Shown one piece after another: positions 18,742-27,346 of a stretch of DNA of 64,000 nucleotides (positions are counted from its first letter, which is position 1; every line of letters starts with the position of its first letter). Both the position numbers and the translations under genes were made by a program. The notes under the pieces were generated by a model. It was not told where the DNA came from and made no database searches. It saw only the letters and a program-made list of their open reading frames with translations. Source of the DNA: a virus; IMG/VR virus record IMGVR_UViG_3300031963_011573, positions 1 to 64,000 of that record; one strand, written 5' to 3'.

Positions 18742-19314
18742 ATGAAATTTAAAAAAGGAGACATAGTAGAATTTCAAGGAGCATATAGTTATTCTGCTAA
18801 AAAAGGAGCAACAGCTATAGTTGAAGAGTACTATACTGGATGGGATGGTGAAGAATATGTTAAAGTAAAATGGATTAGAAATGGACTATCAGGTGAACAA
18901 TCAGATGGTGGTTATTCTGAAAATTATTTTATCAAAGTAGAGGAAGTTTCTCAGCAAAAAGAAGATCGTATATTTGAAGAAAATAAGAAAGATATGAAAT
19001 TTAATTTTAATGAAGGTAAGCAACGAGTTATAGATATGTTAGAAGGACATATTGAAGATTTTGAATTTGATATGCTACAAGATGTTAAAATGTCAATACA
19101 AGATATTAACAAAAATACAGTAGACCAAATTGAAGATACTATCAGAACAATTAAAACTAACACTAACCATTGTATGAAAGCTATTGGAAAGGTACAAAAT
19201 TCATCAACTGTAGCTAAGATATTAGCATCAATGGAAAATACAATTTATGAAGGAATGGAAGAAACAGTATTGGCTGAATTGTTTGGTTTAAGTAGTATTG
19301 CAAGAGAAGATTAA
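18742..19314 (+). CDS. hypothetical protein, apparently a fusion of two cassettes (internal start at 18994)
   Basis: Internal promoter cassette at 18940-18996. Confidence 0.7.
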   Translation: MKFKKGDIVEFQGAYSYSAKKGATAIVEEYYTGWDGEEYVKVKWIRNGLSGEQSDGGYSENYFIKVEEVSQQKEDRIFEENKKDMKFNFNEGKQRVIDMLEGHIEDFEFDMLQDVKMSIQDINKNTVDQIEDTIRTIKTNTNHCMKAIGKVQNSSTVAKILASMENTIYEGMEETVLAELFGLSSIARED

Positions 19315-19378
19315 TAGAGGAATAAAAGATATTAAAAAAATTTCGTATATTACAGTATAAATAAAAAAAGAAAAAAAT

Positions 19379-19762
19379 ATGAGCACGAGAAGTAGAATAG
19401 CAATTGAAAACCAAGACGGAACAGTAGATTCAATTTATTGTCATTTTGATGGATATGTAGATGGAGTAGGTAAAACATTATTCAACCACTACGATCAAGA
19501 AAAATTAGAGAAATTACTAGAACTAGGTGATATCAGTTCTCTAGGAGAATCAACTATAGATACAGTAGCGTATTGTAGAGATAGAGGAGAGGATTTACAT
19601 TTCAAAACATTTAAAGATATAGAGGATTTGTTTACAAATGGTTTTAATGGTTTTGAGGAATATATTTATTGTTTAAATAAAGATGGTATTTGGATAATGG
19701 GTAAACATAGTTCCCCGATGATTGATTATTTAAAAGAAGTATTAGAGGAAGAGGGTATTTAA
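19379..19762 (+). CDS. conserved phage protein (MSTRSRI...YCHFDGY)
   Basis: Widely recurring phage motif. Confidence 0.8.
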   Translation: MSTRSRIAIENQDGTVDSIYCHFDGYVDGVGKTLFNHYDQEKLEKLLELGDISSLGESTIDTVAYCRDRGEDLHFKTFKDIEDLFTNGFNGFEEYIYCLNKDGIWIMGKHSSPMIDYLKEVLEEEGI

Positions 19763-19783
19763 AAACATTTAAAAAACAAAATT

Positions 19784-20038
19784 ATGACAATAGGATTTAT
19801 ACTTATAGCACTTTTTTTCATATTGATTTCATTTCTTTATATACATGATGAAGATAGAGACCAAATAGGTTTATTTCTTTTCATATTAACAATAATAACC
19901 ATAATAGGAATGGTAATTGGTAGTGATATACAACTTGGGATAGGAACTCAATCTAAAAAACAAATCAAACCAATTATCAAAGTAGAGTGCACTAATGGAA
20001 AATGTGATACAACTTACATTTATAAAACAAAGGAATAG
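19784..20038 (+). CDS. membrane protein
   Basis: Two TM segments. Confidence 0.7.
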   Translation: MTIGFILIALFFILISFLYIHDEDRDQIGLFLFILTIITIIGMVIGSDIQLGIGTQSKKQIKPIIKVECTNGKCDTTYIYKTKE

Positions 20039-20087
20039 AAATTATCAGATATTTTTCGTATATTCCAATAAATTAAAAAGAAAAAAT

Positions 20088-20471
20088 ATGAGTGGAGGAA
20101 CATTTGATTACAACCAATATCGCATTAGAGATATAGCTGATCGTGTTGAACAAGAAATATCTAAAAGTGGCACACCAAAAACAGAACGTGAATTAAAAGA
20201 TGAAGGTTGGTTTAGAGATAAAGAATAGTACGAAAAATACCCAGAGGACCTAAACCACTACAAATACCCTGATGAAGTTATAGAAGAATTTAAGAAAGGT
20301 TATGAAATGCTCCGCAAAGCAGAAATATATGCTCAACGTATGGATTGGTTGCTTGCAGGTGATGATGGTAATGAATCGTTTTTGCAGCGTTTAAAGGGTG
20401 AATTGTTACATTTAGAACTTGAATTAAAATCTAAAACATTTGAAATAGAGGACGAAGAAGATGAAGATTAA
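20088..20471 (+). pseudogene. conserved phage protein (MSGGTFDY...DWLLAGDDG) interrupted by an in-frame TAG at 20226
   Basis: Reading frame stays open for 80 codons after the TAG and remains protein-like. Confidence 0.7.
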
Positions 20472-20504
20472 TTTCGTATATTTAAGTAAATAAAAAAGAA
20501 AGTT

Positions 20505-20744
20505 ATGATAAAAAAAGAAATGATTAAAACAATTCAACAAAAAGAAGCAGAACTATTTTTACAAGTAAAAGTAGATGAAAAGATATTTGGGGAAAAAGAT
20601 GAAATTACAACTCGTTCTAGAGCAAAATGGTGTGGTGTAAATGAAATAATGGAAACATTAGGAATCAAACCAGACAATACATTACCTGAAAATCAAGAGG
20701 CAATTAAATTGATTATGGAAAAAAATAAAAATATAGCAGCGTAA
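20505..20744 (+). CDS. hypothetical protein (resembles 26368)
   Basis: Own cassette. Confidence 0.7.
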   Translation: MIKKEMIKTIQQKEAELFLQVKVDEKIFGEKDEITTRSRAKWCGVNEIMETLGIKPDNTLPENQEAIKLIMEKNKNIAA

Positions 20745-20896
20745 TATGAGTGATGAAGAAGCACTAGCAATACTAGAACAAATGGAAGCAGATGATTTTG
20801 GTAGAAGAGATATAGGTTATCCTTACTAAAGGAATAAAAGATATTAAAAAGCTTTCGTATATTAAAGTATAAATTAAAAAAATAAAAAGAAAAGTT

Positions 20897-21253
20897 ATGA
20901 AAAAAGAAAATGTAATTGAACAACTAAACGCAGCAAAAACGTTATCATCACAAGTTGATATTGATAAAGTAATTGCATTGATTGAACAAATCACACCAGA
21001 AGTAAAAATAGGAATTACTCAGGAATTAGCAGAGGAAATTGCAGAACGGATTGAACGAACTTTAGATTACAATAGTAATGATTTAGTTGATAAGGATAAC
21101 ATTACATTTGAAATTGCCTATGGAAACACAATTGAAATAGATGATGCTAGTATTAATATTCGTGATGTAATGGATCATATCACAGCATGTTTAGATGAAT
21201 TTGTTGTTGAAAAAGATGATGAAGAAGAATCAACAGAGGAAGCAGCTAATTAA
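20897..21253 (+). CDS. acidic protein, paralogue of 24208
   Basis: Shared GIT.EL..EI...IER.LD.N...LVD and MDHI. Confidence 0.8.
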   Translation: MKKENVIEQLNAAKTLSSQVDIDKVIALIEQITPEVKIGITQELAEEIAERIERTLDYNSNDLVDKDNITFEIAYGNTIEIDDASINIRDVMDHITACLDEFVVEKDDEEESTEEAAN

Positions 21254-21293
21254 AAGGGCTTTCGTATATTTCATTCAAATAAAAATAAAGGTT

Positions 21294-21680
21294 ATGACAA
21301 AAATTAAAACATATTGGGACGAAATCAAAAATCACCCATCACGTTTCTCAGGAGGTAAACAAGGTTGGGAAGTGATACGTGAAAGATGCCCATATTCAAA
21401 TAAAATGATATTTATTTTCCCATTTAGCTCAGGTGATGGAGTTTCAAGAGAAGAAAAGGCATTGTGTAGAAAAGATGTTAAAAAACAATTTGAATTAATA
21501 AAAACATTAGCCCAAGCAAGTCGTAACAGAGAAGAATATAGAGACTTATACAATCGTGTTTCAGATGAGAATTGGAATGAAATAATAGCAACAGGTTTAA
21601 AAGGTTTTGATTTAGGAAAGTATATTAGTGAAAGATATTTAACACAAGACCAAGCTTACACATTGTTTTATAGAATGTAA
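21294..21680 (+). CDS. hypothetical protein
   Basis: Start reassigned to GTTATG. Confidence 0.75.
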   Translation: MTKIKTYWDEIKNHPSRFSGGKQGWEVIRERCPYSNKMIFIFPFSSGDGVSREEKALCRKDVKKQFELIKTLAQASRNREEYRDLYNRVSDENWNEIIATGLKGFDLGKYISERYLTQDQAYTLFYRM

Positions 21681-21747
21681 AGGAATAGAAGTTATTAAAA
21701 AAATTTCGTATATTAAAGTATAAATAAAGAAAAGAAAAAGAAAAGTT

Positions 21748-22083
21748 ATGAAAATTACAAGCAAAACATTAATGGTTACATTTGAAACAGAAGCAAAATT
21801 AGGTAACAACGATGCAATTGAGTTAACATTGCAACATCAAGCATTTATTAGTGAAGGAAAAGATGGGAGGACTAATGTTGATATTGATTTTGGAACTGAT
21901 TATTTGAATATAAAATTCTTAGGGGTTGCAATTGAAATAGGTTATGATGCATTTAGGGAATTTAAAAATACATTATCAAAGTTAGGAATTGATTTAGATA
22001 AATTAGTTGATGAAAAAATATCAGAATTAATGAATAGCGGATTAGAAGATAAATTAAAATTGATGTTTAAAGATCAAATTTAA
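21748..22083 (+). CDS. hypothetical protein
   Basis: Own cassette. Confidence 0.75.
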   Translation: MKITSKTLMVTFETEAKLGNNDAIELTLQHQAFISEGKDGRTNVDIDFGTDYLNIKFLGVAIEIGYDAFREFKNTLSKLGIDLDKLVDEKISELMNSGLEDKLKLMFKDQI

Positions 22084-22144
22084 AAGGAAGTCCTCAATTA
22101 AGAGGGCTTTCGTATATTTCAGTATAATTAAAAAAAGAAAAAAA

Positions 22145-22453
22145 ATGATAGTAACAATTAGCAAGTATAAAGAATTAAGAATAAACCCACCTAAATTAAC
22201 TATTAAAGAAGGGGCAAGAGAAGTCATATTCAAAACAGTATCATGTATGTGTGATAATGTTCATTATTTAAGATTTAAGAAAAATAGTGATGGTGATTTT
22301 AAAATGGATGGAATGGGATTTTCAATAAGTAATTGGCAAATGAAACATCCAAAACACGAAATAGAATGGGAAGCAGATGAAAATATGTGGGGTGGAGTAA
22401 TAGCAATGATCAATTCAGGAACAGAAGCAATCGAATCAGTAACAAGTAGATAA
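22145..22453 (+). CDS. hypothetical protein
   Basis: Own cassette. Confidence 0.75.
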   Translation: MIVTISKYKELRINPPKLTIKEGAREVIFKTVSCMCDNVHYLRFKKNSDGDFKMDGMGFSISNWQMKHPKHEIEWEADENMWGGVIAMINSGTEAIESVTSR

Positions 22454-22456
22454 ATT

Positions 22457-22693
22457 ATGGTAACATTAGAACAAATCAAAGCAATGATCATTAAAGAAGA
22501 AAAAGAATGGTTAATAGAAGTACATGGTGAGGATGAAGCACAACACTACATTTATGGAATGGTAAGTGAAATAAATGAATGTGAATCAATAGAAGATATT
22601 ATTGACTTTTACTTAAATAAAGGAATGGATTTATATGAAGCGACAGGTACAATAATATCACTTTTAAGAAGTAATTGTGTAGTAAAGGAATAG
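22457..22693 (+). CDS. acidic hypothetical protein
   Basis: ORF track. Confidence 0.7.
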   Translation: MVTLEQIKAMIIKEEKEWLIEVHGEDEAQHYIYGMVSEINECESIEDIIDFYLNKGMDLYEATGTIISLLRSNCVVKE

Positions 22694-22899
22694 AAGATAT
22701 AAAATAGAGATCGTATATTCAGTGTATAATAAAAAAATAAAGGTTATGGAAGAGGAAATGAACATTAAAGGATTATTACCGTGGGATAAAATTGATAATA
22801 TAGTAAATGATGAAGAAGATTAAAGATATATTGTATTTGTTATTAGTGAGTATTGTTTATAGAGGGTTACTTTAACGTGTATAAACAATTATTATAAGT

Positions 22900-23109
22900 A
22901 AATTACCAAAATATTCATTACAATGAAGATTACCGTTATAACACAAGATATTCATTTAAATTAAACTAATGTTTAGATTAGTTCATTAAAGGAAAATTAC
23001 CGTATGTGACCCGAAAATGAAAGTGTGGACTGAAAATGAAAAATGAAAATTACCGGGAAAATAAAAATTATCAAAGAAAATAAAAATTACCGTAAGGATA
23101 AAAATTACC
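22900..23109 (+). repeat. iteron-like AAATTACC repeats
   Basis: Copies at 22900, 22928 (variant), 22994, 23047, 23065 (variant), 23084 and 23102 in a non-coding gap. Confidence 0.7.
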
Positions 23110-23351
23110 AATGATGTATAAAAAATAATAAAAATCACTATGGAAATGAAAATTAATGGGGAGGTAGTGGTTATTGTAGGAGTAAAAATTGTTAATGAAT
23201 AGTATATGGAAAGTGAATAAATAATAGGTAGTATGAGGATTACAAGGGTCTAACCCCCATATGTATCACCCCGCCCCCTTTAACCCCTTTCCAAAAGTAT
23301 ATACAAGTGTTTGGCAAAGAGGGAGAAAGATCATATATTTATTGTAAAAGA

Positions 23352-23786
23352 ATGCATTACGTTTATGGATTATATTCAACTCGTCATTTAAAGAAAAATT
23401 ATCCTGAGAAGATTAAATACATTGGGAGAACAAATAACCCAACAGCTCGCCTTTTATCTCACATCAATAAAGCTAATACAGGAGAATTAAATCCATTATA
23501 TGAATGGATGAGAAATGAAATAAGTAAAGGAGGTGAAATTAAAATGACACTTCTTCACCAATGTGACTCAACTGAGATAATCGAGCAAGAAAAATTATTT
23601 ATTGAGAAAAATAAATCTAGAAATCTCTTAAATCTAGTAAATAACCCGACTATGTCACCAACACAGTCTTATAAGAAAATTAAAGCTTTAACTAAAGATA
23701 ATTTAAACTTATACACCCATATTAAATTCTTAGAACAATATATCATAAACTCAGGTTTAAAACTGCCATACGAAAAGGAAAATTAG
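23352..23786 (+). CDS. GIY-YIG nuclease (homing-endonuclease-like)
   Basis: YVYGL...KYIGRT...R...H...E...N pattern. Confidence 0.75.
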   Translation: MHYVYGLYSTRHLKKNYPEKIKYIGRTNNPTARLLSHINKANTGELNPLYEWMRNEISKGGEIKMTLLHQCDSTEIIEQEKLFIEKNKSRNLLNLVNNPTMSPTQSYKKIKALTKDNLNLYTHIKFLEQYIINSGLKLPYEKEN

Positions 23787-23828
23787 CCACCACTCTGTTT
23801 TCGTATATTTAAAATAAAAAGAAATAAA

Positions 23829-23942
23829 ATGAAAACAATACAAGTAACTCAGGCTGAAATAAATCAAGCAACCCGCCCTAACATTTATAGGAATAAAAAG
23901 AAATACACTCGTAAAATAAAACATAAAAATTCAGGGGAGTAA
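23829..23942 (+). CDS. 37-aa basic peptide, possibly ArfA-like
   Basis: Read manually; NKKKYTRKIKHK. Confidence 0.5.
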   Translation: MKTIQVTQAEINQATRPNIYRNKKKYTRKIKHKNSGE

Positions 23943-23986
23943 ATTAATTAAAGTTGGTTTCGTATATTTAAGAAAAAATAAAAGTT

Positions 23987-24163
23987 ATGACAAATTTAGA
24001 TCGTTTAGAAGGATTAATTAATCAAAAACACTTAAAACAATTCATAGAGGCTATTGAATTAATAGGTGATGATTTAGTTGAAAAGGAAGGATTTGACCCT
24101 GAAGATGTAAGAGACTATTTAAACAGTTACTTAAAAGATATTTTAGGGGATGAGAATTATTAA
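23987..24163 (+). CDS. hypothetical protein (58 aa)
   Basis: Read manually; own cassette. Confidence 0.65.
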   Translation: MTNLDRLEGLINQKHLKQFIEAIELIGDDLVEKEGFDPEDVRDYLNSYLKDILGDENY

Positions 24164-24207
24164 ATTTAGTTTCGTATATTTAAGTATAATTTAAAAAGAT
24201 AAGTGTT

Positions 24208-24564
24208 ATGAAAAAGGAAGAATTAATTAAAAAATTAGAGGAAGTAAAATCTTTAACAACAGTAGTATCGGTTGATACAATGATTGAGTTAGTAAAAGAG
24301 TTAAAAACAGGAGGAATTACACCTGAATTACATGATGAGATTTATAATAAGATTGAACGGGTATTAGATAATAATCATAATGAGTTAGTTGATTTGGAAA
24401 GTGCTGAGTTTGAATTAAATTATGATAATAGAATTGAGTTAAATAGAGTGGATGTTAATATCTCAGAAATAATGGATCATATCTCAGGAGTATTTGAAGA
24501 TTTTATGGTTGAGGAAGATGAAGAAGAAACTGAAGAAGAAACTGAAGAGGAGGGCTCTAATTAA
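24208..24564 (+). CDS. acidic protein, paralogue of 20897
   Basis: Alignment by eye. Confidence 0.8.
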   Translation: MKKEELIKKLEEVKSLTTVVSVDTMIELVKELKTGGITPELHDEIYNKIERVLDNNHNELVDLESAEFELNYDNRIELNRVDVNISEIMDHISGVFEDFMVEEDEEETEEETEEEGSN

Positions 24565-24599
24565 AGAGCTCTTCTTATATTTAAAGAAAAATAAAAGTT

Positions 24600-24803
24600 A
24601 TGAGAGCAAGTACAATCAGGAAAAAAGAGACACTCCAACAATTAAAGAATTTAGAATATCGTTTTAAGAAAAAAGGTGGATACTCTAATTGGGACTCAAA
24701 AGTGAAAATAACATTTCAGGCTTCAGGTTCATATTCGTTTGAGGATTTGGTTTATAAAGACATTAACTCAGCAGAATGTTTGATTAATATATTCAAGGAT
24801 TAA
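24600..24803 (+). CDS. hypothetical protein
   Basis: Own cassette. Confidence 0.7.
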   Translation: MRASTIRKKETLQQLKNLEYRFKKKGGYSNWDSKVKITFQASGSYSFEDLVYKDINSAECLINIFKD

Positions 24804-24855
24804 TTTAATTTAGATTCGATTCGTATATTTAATCATAATTAAAAAATAATAAATT

Positions 24856-25011
24856 ATGTATAGTTTAAATTGTGATTATTTTGTAGAGGAGTTTAGTACA
24901 ATAGAAAAATTAATGTACTATGTAGAACAAGTAGGGATGGATCCGAATTATGAAATTACCCGTAACGGGAAACCAACTGGAGAATATTTAAGTGAATTAA
25001 TTGGGTTTTAA
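24856..25011 (+). CDS. hypothetical protein (51 aa, GMDPNYEITRNG)
   Basis: Read manually; own cassette. Confidence 0.65.
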   Translation: MYSLNCDYFVEEFSTIEKLMYYVEQVGMDPNYEITRNGKPTGEYLSELIGF

Positions 25012-25069
25012 TTAGGAATAAATATAATTAAATTTGATTAGTATATTTAAATAAATTAAAAAGATAAAT

Positions 25070-25279
25070 ATGAGACCAGAATTTACAGTTGAGGAAGGAT
25101 TAAAAATCCAAGCCGAGCATTTAACCCAATGGAAAACAATTCTAATACCTGAGGTATATGAAGCGTTAGAAGAGTATACTAAACGGAACAATGACAAAGC
25201 CCAAACAGGATATGATGTTCGTAGAGGGTGTGATTTAGATTTTTATATTAACAACTATATGTTGGGACACAGATTGTAA
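25070..25279 (+). CDS. hypothetical protein
   Basis: Own cassette. Confidence 0.7.
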   Translation: MRPEFTVEEGLKIQAEHLTQWKTILIPEVYEALEEYTKRNNDKAQTGYDVRRGCDLDFYINNYMLGHRL

Positions 25280-25324
25280 ATAGTTAATTCGTATATTTAA
25301 GTATAATTAAAAAAATAATAAATT

Positions 25325-25531
25325 ATGAAAAGGTATTTAAAAGTTGATTTTGAATTAAGTTTTACAAGTATTTGTGATACTAAAGAAGAGGTAATTGAGG
25401 GGTGTGGTTATGATATTGATGAAATTACATTTGAGGAGTTGTTAGAGGAGGTAAAGGGTGTTTATGAAATTATTGAAATTGAAGGTGATGTTAGATGGTT
25501 GAATGATGTTGATGATGAAGATGAGGAATAA
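25325..25531 (+). CDS. very acidic small protein (possible DNA mimic)
   Basis: D/E-rich; own cassette. Confidence 0.7.
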   Translation: MKRYLKVDFELSFTSICDTKEEVIEGCGYDIDEITFEELLEEVKGVYEIIEIEGDVRWLNDVDDEDEE

Positions 25532-25581
25532 GTAGATTAAAAATAAATTAGTATATTTTAGTATAATTAAAAAGATAAGTT

Positions 25582-25782
25582 ATGAAGTTTGAAAGTATTA
25601 AAGAATTAAATTTGTTTATTAATGAATATGATGAGGTAGATTTTGTAAGTGAGAAAGATGAGGTAGAGTTTTTAGAATTAGTAAATAAAGAGTTAGTAAA
25701 TTATAAAAGAAAGAATCCTTTTAATGTAAATAATTGTTTGATTAAATTAGAAAATAAAGGGTTGTTAGATAAGTTTTGTTAA
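25582..25782 (+). CDS. hypothetical protein (near C-free gene)
   Basis: Own cassette. Confidence 0.7.
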   Translation: MKFESIKELNLFINEYDEVDFVSEKDEVEFLELVNKELVNYKRKNPFNVNNCLIKLENKGLLDKFC

Positions 25783-25844
25783 GGATTAAATAAATTAAAT
25801 CAAAATTAGTATATTTAAGTATAATTAAAATAAAAATAAAGGTT

Positions 25845-26183
25845 ATGGAAAGAAATGAATTAGTTAAAAAAGCTTTAGAAGCAGGGATTACAAAAGCAAA
25901 TACTATGAAGAGTGTAGTATTGGAAGAAATGTTAAAAGAATTAGAAGTTAAGAAAACAGGTAAGAGAGGAAGACCAATTAATGAAGACAGTGTTAGACAA
26001 AAAAGAATTAAAGAATTAGAGAATAAAAGAATAAATGGAGAATTGAAAAAAGGACGACCAGTAAATGAAAATAGTGTTAGACAGATGAGGTTAAAAGAGA
26101 TGGAGTTAAAGAGAATGAATGGAGAGTTGAGAAGAGGAAGACCAAAAATGAATAAAACGGATAATAATGAGGTAGCCGCTTAG
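25845..26183 (+). CDS. AT-hook-repeat DNA-binding protein
   Basis: KRGRP, KKGRP and RRGRP with a duplicated NE.SVRQ.R.KE.E.KR.NGEL unit. Confidence 0.7.
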   Translation: MERNELVKKALEAGITKANTMKSVVLEEMLKELEVKKTGKRGRPINEDSVRQKRIKELENKRINGELKKGRPVNENSVRQMRLKEMELKRMNGELRRGRPKMNKTDNNEVAA

Positions 26184-26195
26184 GCTACCTTTTTT
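26170..26195 (+). terminator. intrinsic terminator
   Basis: AGGTAGCC-GCTTA-GGCTACCT followed by a T-run. Confidence 0.75.
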
Positions 26196-26240
26196 AATTT
26201 ATTAATTAGTATATTTAAGTATAATTAAAAAATAAAAGTT

Positions 26241-26366
26241 ATGAGCAGAGAAGAATATTTAGAATTAAAATTAATGGCGTTTCTAGTGACACAAGAATTA
26301 GCTTGTGAGATTTTATTTTTACCAGGTACATTTAAATTTGAAGACGCAATTATAAGACCAAATTAA
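26241..26366 (+). CDS. small hypothetical protein (41 aa)
   Basis: Read manually; own cassette. Confidence 0.55.
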   Translation: MSREEYLELKLMAFLVTQELACEILFLPGTFKFEDAIIRPN

Positions 26367-26367
26367 T

Positions 26368-26607
26368 ATGAGAAGAGTAGACATGATAAAGAAGCTTCAA
26401 TTAGCGGAAGCTAAAGCATGGGTGACAATGATGGAGTGGGGTAAGTTATTCGGCCATAATGAACAATATGAAATAAAAGCGAGTGCGTGGAATAGTTTAT
26501 ATTCAGCGTTATTAACACTCAACTTAGAACCAGATCGCGAATTACGAGCACAGTTAATTGAAGCGGATATAAAATGTAATGGCTTAACAGGGACTAATTT
26601 TAACTAA
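26368..26607 (+). CDS. hypothetical protein (resembles 20505)
   Basis: MIK..Q..EA...W pattern. Confidence 0.7.
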   Translation: MRRVDMIKKLQLAEAKAWVTMMEWGKLFGHNEQYEIKASAWNSLYSALLTLNLEPDRELRAQLIEADIKCNGLTGTNFN

Positions 26608-26648
26608 ATTGGCTTCGTATATTTAGTCATAATTAAAAATAAAATAAT

Positions 26649-26855
26649 ATGAAGAGCTTAGAAAATTTTATTGACGACAATTTTAACGAATTTAGTAATT
26701 TAGATTGCAGTGAAGTGATTGAGTGTAGTTTAGATGAGTTTGATAGTGTTGAGATCGAATACTTAAAAGAGCATTATAGATTCGATTATAAAGACATTTG
26801 TGTTTATTATGTTGAGGAGAATGATGAGATATGGATTGAAAATATGGCGAGTTAG
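26649..26855 (+). CDS. acidic small protein
   Basis: Own cassette. Confidence 0.7.
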   Translation: MKSLENFIDDNFNEFSNLDCSEVIECSLDEFDSVEIEYLKEHYRFDYKDICVYYVEENDEIWIENMAS

Positions 26856-27045
26856 GGAATAATTTTAATAAAATTAGTTTAGTATATTTAATTATATTTA
26901 AAAATAAAAAATAATATATTTAATTTAATAAAAAATAAAATTATATTTAAATAAATAATATAATATAAAGGATTAAATTTAAATAAAATTATTTAATATA
27001 TTTAAATAAATAAAATAATTAATTAATAATTTAAAATTTAAAATT

Positions 27046-27276
27046 ATGGAGGATTTAAAATTAAAATTAGAAGAATTAGGATTAGAAGTTAATTATGTTG
27101 GGGAGGATAATAGTGGATATGAAGATGATGGTTATTTAAATATAAATGGAGAAATAGATATATTTGAAGGGGCATACCAGAAATGGGATATTTATATAGA
27201 AGAGGGAGATATAGAGAAAAGTTTTATGAGTGATGATGAGTTAATTATGTTTTTAAAAGATTATATTAAGGAATAA
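27046..27276 (+). CDS. acidic small protein (near C-free gene)
   Basis: Own cassette. Confidence 0.7.
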   Translation: MEDLKLKLEELGLEVNYVGEDNSGYEDDGYLNINGEIDIFEGAYQKWDIYIEEGDIEKSFMSDDELIMFLKDYIKE

Positions 27277-27346
27277 TTTTAATTAAATTAATTTAATATA
27301 TTTAAATAAATAAAAAATAAATAATTAATAATTTAAAATTAAAGTT

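Larger units (their letters stand above)
4075..27346 (+). repeat. dispersed early promoter/translation-start cassette family (about 40 copies): GGAATAR-N16-TTCGTATATT-(n)AAGTATAA-A-rich-GTTATG
   Basis: Cores at 4098, 7383, 7821, 8110, 9941, 10978, 12038, 12815, 13256, 14924, 15128, 16222, 16559, 18710, 18965, 19342, 20055, 20473, 20854, 21261, 21705, 22109, 22710, 23800, 23959, 24171, 24820, 25288, 26614 and others. Confidence 0.85.

Noticed and set aside
26860-27045. Extreme AT tract as an ORF or discrete repeat array
   Set aside because: It looks like degenerate stacked promoter cores (TATATTTA) with no ORF; it is covered under the C-free finding.
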